Assembly (NCBI GenBank): GCA_036172245.1
Contig: JAYWIR010000008.1
Span: 558,001-622,000 of the forward strand
Direction of reading: 5' to 3'
Length of the DNA: 64,000 bases
DNA from: Raillietiella orientalis
Taxonomy: Eukaryota
Below are positions 51,901-64,000 of the stretch, piece by piece. The notes under the pieces are model-generated. The model did not search any database and was not told the DNA's origin. It worked only from the letters and a program-made list of their open reading frames with translations. Each line of letters opens with the position of its first letter. The stretch's first letter is position 1. Position numbers and translations under genes: made by a program.

Positions 51901-54050
51901 GTATGCCCGAGGCGCCGCGGCTGCCGAGAGGCAGTGCCCCAAACAGTACGCAAGAGTTGGTCCGAGGGATGCGCCCTCTAGGTGGCCTTCTCGGAACGGA
52001 GGCACTGGGGAAGGAGCCCCCAGGATGCTGTGCATCCGACGAGACGACGACGCTTGTTGCTTCATGCGCGCCCTCGCAGAGGAACACCTCCCCCAGGCGA
52101 GTCGTCCAAAAGGAAACGCAGGGCTCTAGTTGGATGAAACCGGTGGTCGATGCCTCAGTTAGGTAGGCGGAGGAGCCTCCCCGTTTCCCCGCAGCCCCAC
52201 CAGAGATCACGGCAGGTCGCGCCGAAGGCCTTTATTGAGGGACCTCAGCATCCGAGAGTGCCTCCGGCTTTCGGGCACCGCCTTCATCTTGAGGGCCGAC
52301 CAGAAAGGCAACTCACGCAGTCAGGGGTGAAGGGCCATCGCTGTTGGGGGATGTAGGCGTCCGATCCCGGAGGTCGCCGCGTGGCCTGGCTCTGGGCGCT
52401 TGCATTCGGGATCAGGTGGTCACCTCGCCTACCCCTCCTTTTGCTCTCCGGAGCGCCCTCCCTGTCCACCGGGATTCTGACCTTGGTTCCCGCGACCCGG
52501 TGCAACGGGAGCCTGCCGGAAGATCGCTGGTCACCTGGTGCACAGGATCTGCTGAATTTGCAGCGCCATCTGGGCGAGCATCCTCCTCCTCATCAGCTCG
52601 TCCGCTTCGGACAGCGCCTCCCCGGGTTCCGGGAACAGCGCCTGCCCATCTCTGGGCAAAGGCTCCCGGGGGTCGCTTCTTCTGGGGATCGCAAGGGGGG
52701 ACTCGGCCGCCACTTCAGGGCTCGTTGCTTCCCTCTCGCTCTCCCGCTCGACCCTGGGCTCCGGCGACTCCTGGGGAGGGAGAGTCCCGCGTGCTTCCAT
52801 GGCAGAATCTACAAGAGTCTCCTCCTCTCTGCCCTCCGGGGATGAGGGAGTCGAGGGAGAGATCTCTTCCCCCTCGCAGGGGCTCTGCTGAGCTTTGGTA
52901 ACGAGAATCTCTTGAGACTTTCTCTCTACTTCTGCGAGTGCGGACTCGGGGCTCCAGGAGGGAGATGCGCCGCCTGGAGGCAACTCCTTACTAGAGGACG
53001 GGGACCTCTTGCTATAGGGCATAGCCTCTTTCGACCTCCGCGCCGCGGAGGCGCGGGTAGCTCCCTTCCCGCCTCCCTTCTGCTTCGGAGGGCTCTGTCC
53101 AGCCTCGGTCCCCGCCCCCCTGGGGGAGGTCACTGCCTGGGGACGACGAGCGTTCTCACCCTTCGATGGGCTGCCACCCTCCCTCGCGGCGGGTCTCGTT
53201 CTCTCTTTCGGGGCACCCTCGCGTTTCTTGGTCGTTCCCTCGTCGCGCTTCCGGTCGGCGGCCATGGGCGAAAGAGCAACTGGAGAGTAGGGGACCTTCG
53301 GCAGAAGGAAAAGAAAGAAAGGACCCCTTACTCGTCTCCGTGGAAACCGGCTTGTAAACAGTGGGTCTTGTTCGGGGCTTCTGGCGCGCTTGTCTCCAGC
53401 TGGCGCTGCGTCCATAGGGGAGGAGGCGACGAGTGGAGTTCACGAAAGGGGCACAGAGGCGCGGCTGTTCGTGCCAACACCGAACCGCTGCTGTCCCAGG
53501 CACCCTCCCTGGAAGCCGCTGCCCCGGAGCCGGGAGATCCTCCGACTCAGCAGGGATTGCACCTGTGCGCGGTCGGAGGACCCATTGCAGCTCAACGTCC
53601 ACCTCGGTGGGCAGCAGCGAGCGCTTTTCTCGGGCAGGCAGCCCGAGAGGAGCTCCGTCTCCAGCGGCCCGCGTCTCTCAGGACGGGGAGGGCACCCGGA
53701 GGCAAGAGAATAGGGTAGTTTCGCCCATGGCGCGCTGCGCGTCCCTCGAAAAATGGCGACTGGGAGACCACGGCGACCTCTATCCGAAGTGAGCAGAGGT
53801 AGCGCCCTTTTCTTTCTCTTCTGCGCTTTCCATCGAGAGGCGACGCCTTTGCACCGTTGCCCAGGTCGATAGGCTGCCTGAGGAGAAGAGCGGCAGGTGA
53901 CCTGTGCCAAGAAGAAATGGCAGCAAGCTCCTCACCAAAGGGGTCGAGCAGCAACTGGGGGTGACTCATCTTCAGGAGAAGGATGAGGGCGGCAGTTGAA
54001 GGGGAGAGAGAGAAAGAACGAAGGAAATCAGTCTCTTGAGGACGCCACGG
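45950..54050. mobile_element. Cluster of decayed non-LTR retrotransposon fragments on both strands
   Basis: Minus RT piece 46450-47400 (PEDWR, LPRGDQ, RFLGI); plus RT pieces 47600-52250 (PEGTPLSLL ~50410; 47995-48210 and 50510-50720 are diverged homologs); minus basic low-complexity ORF1-like region 52300-54050. Confidence 0.5.
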
Positions 54051-54847
54051 CAACGATTGATTGGCTCCTGGTAACGGATGATGTCTTGTTTCGTCTCATC
54101 TCACATTTCTGTCCACATAGCCTGCGGGGAGTAGGTCCCTCCGCAGACCCATCGCTCGCTTCTTGTTCCTAATCGTCCACCCTGAACGTCTGGGAATTTT
54201 TGGCGCCCCTCCCTTCCCTCGGAGGCAGCACCCTGTTAGGCCTTCTATCGATTTCTATCCCCCGTCGTGCAAACATCTCCTTGACTGCCGGATTGTACCG
54301 TTCGGAATCCCAGCTGTCAGTCAGCCTCCTTGAAAACCCAGTCAGCATCTGCGAGCAGATCTGCAACTCTGCTCAGAACCGTTATCTTTCTGGAGCGCGA
54401 CGTCTCCAAGGAAAAATGCTGATGGAAGATACCTACCTACCTTCGTTTCATAAACGTCCCTGAATAACGGCGCGAAAAATTCTGCATTCTCTTTTAGGAT
54501 GCTGAAGACAGAAATGTTCATGAAATGTAGGCAGAGAGAAAAAAGAAAAGGAAATTTGCAATCTGCATTTTCTCCGGTATGGTTACGGAAGATTGGGATC
54601 AGATGTACTTGAAATGATCAGCGAACTTGCAGGAGGTTCTGAAATCATCCACGCACCTAAACGTCGAATCCTTCAGCAGCACTGAAAGTCACCGATAAGA
54701 TAACTTTATTTCCTAATACGGAAAGTTGCTTGGTAATTATGAATCTTATCAATCACACCCCATCGAATCACTTATCACTACGTAAATAAGGAAGCACAAA
54801 GTTCAATCGAGCTCAAATGTACGGAAAGTGTCAAAGTATTTCATGCA

Positions 54848-56051
54848 TTAAATCCACTGGGCTCGTGCAGCTAAGTCTGGGAATTTTCTCACCACGAAAA
54901 AACTTGCATGCGCACGCGGCGCATCCGCGTGACGCGGTGGAAAGAAAAAGATGGCGGCAGTGCTCGCGCTCGGGCGGCCGAGCGCGGGACGTGGCGGACG
55001 GAATTTCGTGGCATCGTGCCGGCTCAGTGCTGCCGAAGAGAACACCAGCACGTGATTTGAGCAGATTCGAGCGTTTCCGGTAGCAGCACCAGGAGAGAGC
55101 CGGAACCACAGGATTGATTCGATGTCGACCAAAGTCCGAAAGCCCGAGCCTAAACTGGACAATGGATGCTTTTCTCTTCGTTTTACCCCTTTGCTCTCCA
55201 CCGGCTCCTCTGAGGGGACATTCAAAATGGCACCACAGATCCTCTGGCTCCGCTGAGGAGACGTGCATTGTGTTGATGCGTCAGAATTGGGACCAGAGTT
55301 TTGCATCCTTTGCATTGCCAGGATGTGCAACCCGCTCTTCGGCACGCAAGATGAGTGCAAACAAACGCCGTGGGCGTTCACAGCCTCTCCTGTTACAGAT
55401 CACCGCTCTGCAAACATTACCCAGTGTAGAGTTGCAGTTATTATCTTTAATTAAGATTTGCTCTCTGATTGCCACCAGTCAGTTGCGAAGCAATTTGCTA
55501 AAGATGGATAAAGAGGAAGAGGATTATGAAAATTGAGCGAAAGGGAAGAACTTCATTTACACCCAGCTGATGACAGTGTAACTGATGCTGCATCTGAAGA
55601 TAGTGCAAGTGATGATGATTCCGGGATTCGCTCTGGTGATAGCGAAATTATTGTGAAACGGCGACGAAGAATGAGAGTGAAAAAAAAAAACTCTTTCGGA
55701 CAAGACGTTGAGTGAGGGTCGATATAACGGATAGCAAAAGGATTCTAAAAAGGATTAATTTTACAGTTTCGCCCAGGGTCGCTGAACACCACAGATTGCA
55801 TCTAACGTTGAGGTACCAATAGAATATTTCTAGTTATTTTTCACAGAAGAGCTTGCCAAGGGGATCATCGAAGAAGAAACCAACAGCTTTGCAAAAAGAA
55901 TCATCGCAGCGAAACGCCTGACGAATGAACGTTTATCTTTTTTTTTCCTTATCAAGGCAAAGCCATTACTTTTCAAATTTTCAATTTCGAAAGCGTGCTG
56001 GGGAGCTGCTGGTCGGTCGTGTCAACAAATGGTTGGAGTGCAAAGGATTAA
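54848..56051 (+). mobile_element. Internally deleted piggyBac-like DNA transposon remnant
   Basis: Acidic N-terminus from ATG 55504 (frameshifted) and PIEYF*LFFTEELAKGIIEEETNSFA (~55815-55893), matching the piggyBac/PGBD P.DYF.LFF......IV.ETN.YA motif; right end GGAGTGCAAAGGA-TTAA (TTAA 56048-56051); left TTAA at 54848 has only a partial TIR match. Confidence 0.65.
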
Positions 56052-56459
56052 AGCGAAGTGATGGAACAATCCAGCGCCGTTCTACCTTTTACGGTGCATC
56101 TTTCACCTTTCATCAATTCTATCCTACTGTACGTGTATAACCATCCCAACGGAACAAATCCCCCCTCCCCGTACACGGGAACCTGCTTTGCGTCAAATGC
56201 ATTTCTTGCGCAGCTCCACGGAAGGCTCATCGTCTTTCCTCGACAACTTGAGTATTGGATCCATCGTCGCAGCAGAAGCAAAAATTCAGATGCAGCTCTT
56301 TGACGCCTGGAAAGCAATAAAAAGCTTGCAGTTTGTCATCCATGCTTCAGGATTTCCATGATTTCGATCAAGCTTCAGGAGCTCACTTCCGGTTTTTCGT
56401 CGGTGGCCTTTCTTTTGAATCTCTAGATCTTCCTCATAAAGTATCTTTTTTCTTCTTTT

Positions 56460-59150
56460 TAGAAAAAAAAAAAAAACATAAGAATGCTGTCCTCTTTTGT
56501 AATTAACAGTACACCCTTGATTTTCGAGTAGACCGCAGCGATCTCCAAGAGCGATGTAGATTTCCTTCTTCCTTTCGCACCCCAGTGTGTTGCCACCAGC
56601 TTCCAGGAGATGGCGCTCCCCATGAGGCGCGGGCAGGCGACCTCCACGCGAAGTGGCGTTTGGGATAATAATTCGGCGTGCGGTGCTGACGCTAGCACGC
56701 GGGAGACAAGTCGCTCCAGCATCGGAGACGGAAAGGAAGCGAGAAGGATTTCTAGCATCGAATCTCTGACTTTGATGCTTCGAGGGCGCCTGCGTGCTGG
56801 GAACCAATCCTTCCCCTCCCTTCCCCCATGCCCTGTGGGTTTCAAGCGGGAGGGCGCGCGGCCACCGCAAGTCCAGCCTACTCGAAAGCAAGGAATTTCC
56901 GGAACCATCTCGCACCCCCTTGGCTTTCAGGAGCGGCACCGCTGGTGCGCGGTACTAGTCTGCACCCCCCACTCCACCCTCCGCACCGACGAGTCGGATT
57001 GGCGCTCGGGGTGTCCTCAGCTGCGCACCGATTTTCCCAGAGCCACCGCTCGATACGTTGCTAAGGTGCCCCGCGCGCGGAGGATGTGTTGAAACTGCTG
57101 CGGCGTTCGCACCATGGCTGCGTCGCGCGTCCCCGTCCATCGGTCGTGACCCCGGTCCCGAGGCAACTCCTTGAACTCAGATGGTCGCCTCTTTCGAGTC
57201 CCCCGCCGCAACGAATGGGGAACCGGGGAGAAGGAGGAAGACTGCGGCCTTCTTCCGCGACCGCTTCGGTCGGACGAACGTCCAGCTCTCACGGGGGGAG
57301 GTCTGGGCTCTTCGGAGCTTCAGTTTTAGGCAGGTGAAGAGGGCAGCCTCCCTGTGGACCACCTCCACCTGCTCCCTTCCAGCAGCAACTCTGCGAGAAG
57401 GAAGAAAGGAAGGACGGCGGACGAAGGCGCTGCCGGGGATAAAAGCGAAACAGCGCTGAAAGATCGGAAGCATTTCCTGGCAACCAGAGAGTCTCCCACG
57501 CGTCCGCAGCCACCATGGGTCTTTCGGATCGGGTCTGTTCTTCCTCTTCCTTTGGAGTTCGCCATTCCCTTAGTAGGATCGCAGCCTTTCGTTTCTGTCC
57601 AGAGGGAGGAGGGGCAACAGGGGAGTAGGCGCCTGAGCCTGTGGGGGAAGCCGTGACTCCCGGCATCTGCACTTCGCGGGTGACCCCGCGAAGCGCTGCT
57701 GGAGGTTCCAGGACTGCCGAGTGGGCCATCCCCATCCTAGCCCCTTCCCAGCGGAAGGCCGAGGCGGGAGTGGAGCGTCCTCCGCGGCAGAAACCCACTC
57801 TCCCCAGCACGGTACGCTGGCTGCACTGCCATCTCCGCTAGAGAGCACGTGACCGGGAGGAGCCTGTCGCCAAGGAGTAGTTCTGCCGGCTTGAGGGCTT
57901 CCTTTCCGACCCCTGAAGTCTACGTGGAGAACGGCCGAAAAGGTCTAGCGAGTTCCCTGCGCCCAGCGAGGGTGGAAAAGGGAGCCTAGCTGCCCTGAGA
58001 GGCGGTCCAACCCTCGAAAGCAGCCGTCACCACGGAGATCCCTCCGGCGAGTCCAACACACACTCGCAGAATATTCTTCGCCTTTCGGCTCCAGGGATGA
58101 CGGCGGAGTGAGGTCATCCGCACCGACCTTCTCCCCTGATTCCAGCTGAGGTCCTGTGCTGGGTTCCCTCTGGAAGGGAAAACAGAGCCTCCTCCCAGTT
58201 CCGAAGCCCTCCGGTCCCGCCCGACCCCCTCTGCGAGGAAGAGAGGAACCTGACCAGCCGCCAGCAGTGGGAGAGGGGAGGGAAAGGGGATGTCGAAAAG
58301 CGCCGCCAGAAGCGCGGTAAGGGGAGAAGCTTGGCCGCGAGGGATGCCGGTGCTGGTCCATCTGCACCTCCTTGGCCATACCCTTCATGGCAGCGCGGAC
58401 GATGGAGAACTTTTTCCTGAGGGGTTCCAACGGCCCTGGAAGAGCAGCCCTTAGAGTCTCGACGGAAAGAGAGTGGCTCCTTGGAGGGATTGCACTGGAC
58501 TCCGAGGGGCCGTGGCGGAAAGGAAGGGGGGATAAGCGGTACTGTGGAGCGCGTAGGCGAGGAAGCGGGCCCTTGACGACAGCCGTTCGCTCACACCTCT
58601 GGGAACAGGAGAAGCGCCGCCGTCCACCTACGAGAGGGCACCTTCGAAATCGAGCTGGTATCCCTTCCTCCTCTTGGGGTGCTCTCCTTCAAGCACCTAG
58701 GGAGATCGGGATCGGAACAGGGTGAGCGGCGCAACTCCCCCCCCCTCCCTCCGCCTCCGAGATCGCGGGGCTTTAGGTCCGCTTCCCCTCCCTCCTTCCC
58801 TCGGGACCTTCCTCGGCACCGCTCCAGTAGAGGACTTCCTGGAAGAAACCTCTGCCGATCCCGACAACTCCTGGTTCCCTGATCCTTAAGAGTTCCTTCC
58901 TGACCGGAAGAAGGAGGACATCCGAGAGTTCTATCTGTCCTCGCGAGGAGAGGACGGAATTCGAGGGGATGTGCGTCGTCGCTCTTTCCCCGACGAAGGG
59001 GTCGTAGGCAGGTGTAGGGATCAGAAGGGCCGGACTGTCTCCTCGTCGCACCCTCTCCCGCTTTTAAGCACGCGCACAACGACTCAGAGGGGAGGAGGGG
59101 AGGGAAGGAAAGAGCCTTCCTTCCCACCGAGGTCATCCGGACACCACCCC
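56460..59150 (-). mobile_element. Decayed L1/Tx1-like RT and 3' end
   Basis: VQMDQ (cf. LDQEKAFD) ~58360, KVGADDLT ~58130-58108, T-rich 3'UTR ~56476-56460 on the minus strand. Confidence 0.6.
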
Positions 59151-59454
59151 CATCCTTTACTGCTTTTTTTTGCTTCCGTTTCCGGGAGCCTCGGAAGATG
59201 ACCGCGAAGGACGGACGGTTCTCGCCGGCGAGATACTCGCCACTGAGGAGGTGATCCTGCCCCTCCTTCGATCAGCTGGTCCTCCCTCGACGATCCCCTC
59301 TTTATTGTTCGCTCCCAGGAGGAAGGGATCCATCCCGTTTCCTCCTCCCGCTCTTCTCTTCCCCGACGAGCCCGCGCCCTCGGGACGCGGGCGCTCCCGC
59401 GCCGGGAAGACCGGCGGGCGTTCTCTCGTAGGGACAGGAAGGGGAGGGGACTCC

Positions 59455-61676
59455 TCATCGGCACCAGAGGACCCCTCTGGCCACCGTCGTGAAGTGGCGC
59501 ATGACGAAGTCCATGATGCCTGCGGGAAGGAGAAAGGATAGTGGTGGTGGTGGTGCAGGAAAGGGGTAGAGACGAACAGAAGGGGAGGATAAAGGTCCAT
59601 CCCCCCCTCCCTTCGCGCCTCTCGCCCCGGGAACTCACTCGTAACGCGTGTGTACACCCCAGGATACGCAGCCTCCGCACAGTTGCGCCCGAAGGAGACG
59701 ATGCCGATCTGCATGTACCGCCCGTTGACCTCGATCACCAGTGGTCCTCCGCTGTCACCCTGCAGGAGGAGGAGGAGGGAATGATTGTGGTGGTCAGGAG
59801 GAGGCCCCTGCGGGCGCCTCCTCGGTCACCTGGCAGGAGTCCTTGCCCCCGTCGACGTCCCCGGCGCACAGCCCGCTGACCGGGAATTTGCTCTTGTAGG
59901 CGCGCTCGCAGACCTCGTCGGGGAAGACGGTGACGTTGACGCTGTAGAGGATGCCCGGGATCTTCTCCGCGGCTCCTGCGGGGGAAGGGTGAAACGGACG
60001 AAGGGGGAGGGAAGGAGGTCTCCCACGCCCGCGTTCCGAGAGGACCCTTTCCGCCCCTTTTGTAACCGCCCCTTCTCCGTTCCTCCGCGCCGGGGGCGGG
60101 CCCCGGAGGCTCAGTCCCTCCCCTTACCGTACTTGAGCTTCCCCCAGCCCATGACCTTGGCAGGCATGGACACGAACAACCTGGTGTCGTGGACATTGGG
60201 CAGGCAGACGGGGCGGATCCTAGGGTTCCGGTGGATGTCCACGGGGGTCTTCAGCACGAGGATCGCCGCGTCGTAGTCGCTGGTGAACCTCCCCTCGTAC
60301 TTGGGGTGGACGATGACCTCGGCCACATCCCGGATCTCGTTCTTCGTGTCGGTCGCCGAGAAGAGGTCGTGCTCTCCCAGGTCCACGAGGAGGTACTCGG
60401 GACGCTTCAGGAAGCTAAAAGGGGGAGAGCGCTGGAGGAGGGGCATGAAGGCCGGCCACCTTCGCCCCGCCTAACCCCCGGAGGGAGGAAGGGGTCTCTC
60501 GAGGGTCGATGGGGAGGCGTTTCCACCTGACGCCGCAGACCCGCCCCCTCCCTTTCCTCCTTCCTGCGCCTCAGGGTCCCTCCCGAGGGCGGTCCTCCGA
60601 AAGAGGGCGCGCCTCCCCATCCCTTCCCATCCTCCGCCCCTTACCCGACAACGCAGTGTGCCGCGGTCAGCACGACGTAGTTGTTGACCAGGGAGCCCCC
60701 GCAGACGTAGTATCGGAGCCTCGACCTGCGCACCAGGATGGCGGCCATCCACGGGTACTGGTTGACCAGGGTCTGCTCGCCGCCGACGATCCGGTCGTCC
60801 TCCGGCGTGTGATGTAGCCGCTGCTCCCCGTCACCCTTTCCCTTCTCGGGCTCCTTTGGGGGAGACCCAGGCTTCTCCTGCCCAGGAGGCGGGTCGCCTG
60901 CCAAGCCCTTTTCGTTCTGTAGACCGCACTCTGAGGGAGGAAAGGGCGGAAGGATGGTGAAGGGCCCGGAGGGGGGGGGGGACGTAAGAGGCCGCGTAGG
61001 GAGACGCTCCGTCCCTGCTCGACCCCCCACGCCCCGGAGACCCCATGCGGGGAAGAAGGCACGCGCTTTCTTACTGCACTGGCGGCCCAGGACGATGTCC
61101 ACGAACGGGCGGACGTTCTCCAGAAACTGGCTGGCGATGCTGGAGATCGGGACCAGCTCCAGCCCAGACACCGTGAACAGGTTCGTGTCGTTTAGGCAGA
61201 AGGGCTCCTCCTCCCCTTCCTCCTGCCAGGACGCGGGCAGGGGGAACGCCTCGCACTCCCGCACATTGGGCACCGGCTCGGCGCTGGCCTGCTGCGGAGG
61301 CTGCTCTCCGGCTGCCGTGGCTACCTGCGAGCGGGGGGGCGGGGCGGTCAGCCCACTTTCGGGGATGGGAGGGAGGGGAAAGAAGAGGGGAGGAAGCCGC
61401 CCCCGTCCACCCTCTCTGGGTCACCCGCCTGGCTGCCTTCGTCATCGGTCTGCGAGGGCCAGGCGACTCGCCTCGGGGCAAATTTCCTCCCTGTCTCGGT
61501 CCGGACCCCCGTTGGCGTTGCCAAGGACGCGCCCCCGGGTCCTCGATCGAGGCAGGGTAGGGAGGGACGGGGATGGATGAGGCAGCACCCTCCTCTCCCC
61601 CACCTACCAGGCAGACAGCGATCGCCCTCAGCCAGAATGAAGTTCCCGCCGTTGCGACCAAGGTACAGGACGTCAT
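59455..61676 (-). CDS. Secreted trypsin-like serine protease (S1A), 7 exons, 407 aa
   Basis: Exons 61676-61608, 61324-61075, 60930-60645, 60414-60128, 59975-59830, 59759-59639, 59519-59455 (1224 nt, all GT-AG). Signal peptide, CKCG, activation site DDR|IVGG, YPWMA, CGGSL, TAAHC, DYDAAIL, GWG, KDSCQ|GDSGGP (Asp189, trypsin-like), GIVSFG, PGVYTRV, C-terminal WCR. Confidence 0.93.
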
Positions 61677-62299
61677 CGTGACCTCCGGTCGGAAGTGGCC
61701 GGGAGGAAGGCGGGAGGAGCGGTTCCGGGTCAGGCCGTCGCCGAGGAGAACTGAGGTGCGTCCTCTGAGGGCACCCGAGCGCTGATCTAGCGGACCGAGG
61801 TGAACGACCTCGAAGCGTTCCCGCTAGCGGGGCCCCTCTGGTCGGGAGAAGCGGAATAATTTCCCTTTCCCACGTCCCACTCATTGCTCTCCTCAGGGAG
61901 GGTAGGACGGTTCTTGCGCATCGCGAGACTTGGGCGGTTCTTGCGGCGGAATTCTGGTCTCCTCCTCTTCCCTCCCTCCCTGGAGAGCAGCAGCGGCGCC
62001 TGGACAAGAGAAATATTTTATTTTATTTTTCCCGTTTTTGCTGTTGTTGCTTCCCCTGAAGAACAGCAGCGATCCCTCCCTCCGCACAATTTCCGGAATA
62101 CCTCGCACGCGCGAAGACGCCGCTTCCGAAGCCAATCACGGATCTTTCCGGGCGTCCTTCCGGCGTTGCAGCCGCCTTCTCTTTGCCTTCCGGGTAGTCT
62201 TTCGCCAGCTTCCCTTCGGAGGCAAGCGACTCTCTCCTCCCCAAGTCGATCCCAGCATCCCTCGGGGTGTCGCCACGCATCCCGACGATCCATCTCCAG

Positions 62300-63900
62300 G
62301 TGCTCTTCGGGTCTTTTTTTTTTTTTTTTATGGGAACGCAGCTGGATAAGAGGTGGCTTTTGGCTGTTCCTTGGAATCCCGCCCGCCCCTTGGAGATTCC
62401 TTATGGAGCCATCGCGTGCTGCCTTACAGGTCCCTGCGAACTCTTCCTAATTTCTTTAGCGTAGATTTTCCTGAAAGTTCCTTGAGGGGTCCTATTTTCC
62501 CTGGACAATTCGCACTTCCTTTTTGGAACGCGCCACGGCGCCCTGTAGACACCCATCGGCATCTCCTGCACGTTGCCCATACTACGTTAGCACCAGGACG
62601 TCTCTTGGACTCTCCGTTCCCTTTCGTTGTGTTCCTGGTGGCAGCTTTCTTTGGACATTTTTGGAGCTCACCTTCGTGCACCGAATTGAGGGTAGCCCTT
62701 CGGAGTTCCTCCCCTTTTTTCCTGCATGCTTAGGCACCTTTTTCGCGTCTCCCTGTGCTCGCTTGGAATGCTGCAGCGGAAAACTGGCTTTGAGCGTTTC
62801 TGAAGTGATCTGTCGATCAATGTCTCTTGGCTTAATATCATTGGCGCTCTTTGGAGCATCTCCTCGAGTTTCACCGCTCTCGTGGACTGCATTTGAAACC
62901 CTCCTTTTATCTGACTTCTTGGTGCACTGTGATGCGTGATTGGTGATTGAGGTGTGGTGGTCTCTTTAGCGTTTCTTTAGATTTCGAGCATCCAGAGGAT
63001 CCCCCTGATATCGGTTTACTGAGGCAGAGTTTACTGGATGCCATTTCTGTTCACCACTGCCCCTTGCCTTTGCCTGCTCTCCTGGAGGACTTTTCGAGGA
63101 ATTCTCCACGCAAGTCGGATCTTTGCTAGAAAGGCTCGACCGTGGCCCTTCCTAGTTGTCCCTGTCCCGGATGCTTCTTCCCTTCGTGTCTCCATCGAAT
63201 GGTTTCCGGATACAAGTGGTCACCTCTGAAGCATCCTGGCTCCTGCCACCGACAGCCTCGGAGCTTCAAGCTGCGGTGGAGAAGAGAAGCAGAAACTTCT
63301 TAACTCTTGTTTCCTGCACGTCTTCTCACCAAGAACAGTCACTCAGCGGGAAAGGCAACAGAGAAGCACGATGGCTCCCGTAAGGAGCCTGAATCGAGGC
63401 CGTTCATGGGGACGCGGAACCTCCACCGGAACGACGATCAGAAGACCTCACGGAGTTTGTTGAAGTTCCTCCTATCAGATAGAAGATTGGAGCCCCACGC
63501 CTTTCTGTACTCCCGAAGCACTTGCTCTTGGACTCAGAATTCGTCGTGATTGCTGGAAAAAGCACATCACCGGAGAAGTTTCTTCAGAAAACTCGAGGTG
63601 TTTGAAGGGAAGCCGTTCGTCCGGTGGCTCTCCTTCACACAAAGCCGTCTCTGCCTGGACTCACATGAGGATGTCCCCATCTTGGAACTGCAAAAGAATG
63701 AAAAACGACAAGTTCTTCCTCAGACAAGGGAGAGACCGTCCACTTTTCTTGAAGAAACCTGGATGCATTTGGATGTATCCCAGAACGACAATGAAGAGAG
63801 GCTCTTACAAATTCAGGATCTGATAACAACCTTAGAGTTCTTCACGTCTATGGCATAACGAAGTTCATTAAGATGTCGTTTTCTGTACAGATGGTATGAG
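62300..63900. mobile_element. Decayed retrotransposon fragments
   Basis: Cys-pair remnant TCRRC (~62570, minus) and L1-like 3' remnants PSCPCP (~63150) and KHLLLD (~63520) on plus; no intact ORF. Confidence 0.3.
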
Positions 63901-64000
63901 TTTGCTAATATGTATCTATGTGCGCATGATCATATTCGTTTAGATTATTGTATGTTACCATCGTTATGTTACCACTTTGATCTTAACCAAAAGGTCGAGA

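Noticed and set aside
46310..53718. Long ORFs (302, 286, 239, 294 and 268 aa) as host genes
   Set aside because: Arg/Pro/Ser/Gly-rich, overlapping on both strands, expected from stop-codon scarcity in GC-rich DNA; the only recognisable bits are decayed retroelement motifs.
59810..59832. Protease intron start reads like a second GDSGG motif (GDRGG)
   Set aside because: Out of frame, and the Q|GDSGG intron position is common in S1A genes; likely coincidence in GC-rich sequence.
1..64000. CRISPR arrays, rRNA/tRNA genes, operons, telomeric arrays or prokaryotic defence systems
   Set aside because: No regularly spaced repeats or recognisable structural RNA genes; genes carry spliceosomal introns, so the DNA is eukaryotic.

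Overview
Eukaryotic, most likely arthropod, genomic DNA with two sharply different compartments. About 3.1-7.7 kb is AT-rich and holds an 8-exon protein disulfide-isomerase A3 (ERp57/ERp60) gene whose introns are mostly 45-51 nt. About 7.8-62 kb is GC- and CpG-rich and consists mostly of frameshifted non-LTR retrotransposon relics (L1/Tx1-like, plus a Utopia/NeSL-like fragment; an R2-like relic lies at 1-3 kb) and one piggyBac-derived remnant. Four intact minus-strand genes for secreted proteins sit among these relics: three GM2-activator-like (ML-domain) lipid-binding protein genes about 10-12 kb apart, and a 7-exon trypsin-like serine protease. GM2A-like genes 1 and 2 lie in a 12.27 kb-offset duplication with patchwork identity: no visible differences over 3.5 kb upstream, only scattered SNPs in exons 1-3, but 24 of 95 residues differ in the last exon. 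Both lack a disulfide-bonded loop that the third paralog keeps. No rRNA, tRNA, CRISPR or prokaryotic features were recognised. Most long ORFs in the supplied track are GC-driven shadow ORFs. Retroelement boundaries are approximate, and all comparisons and counts were made by eye.
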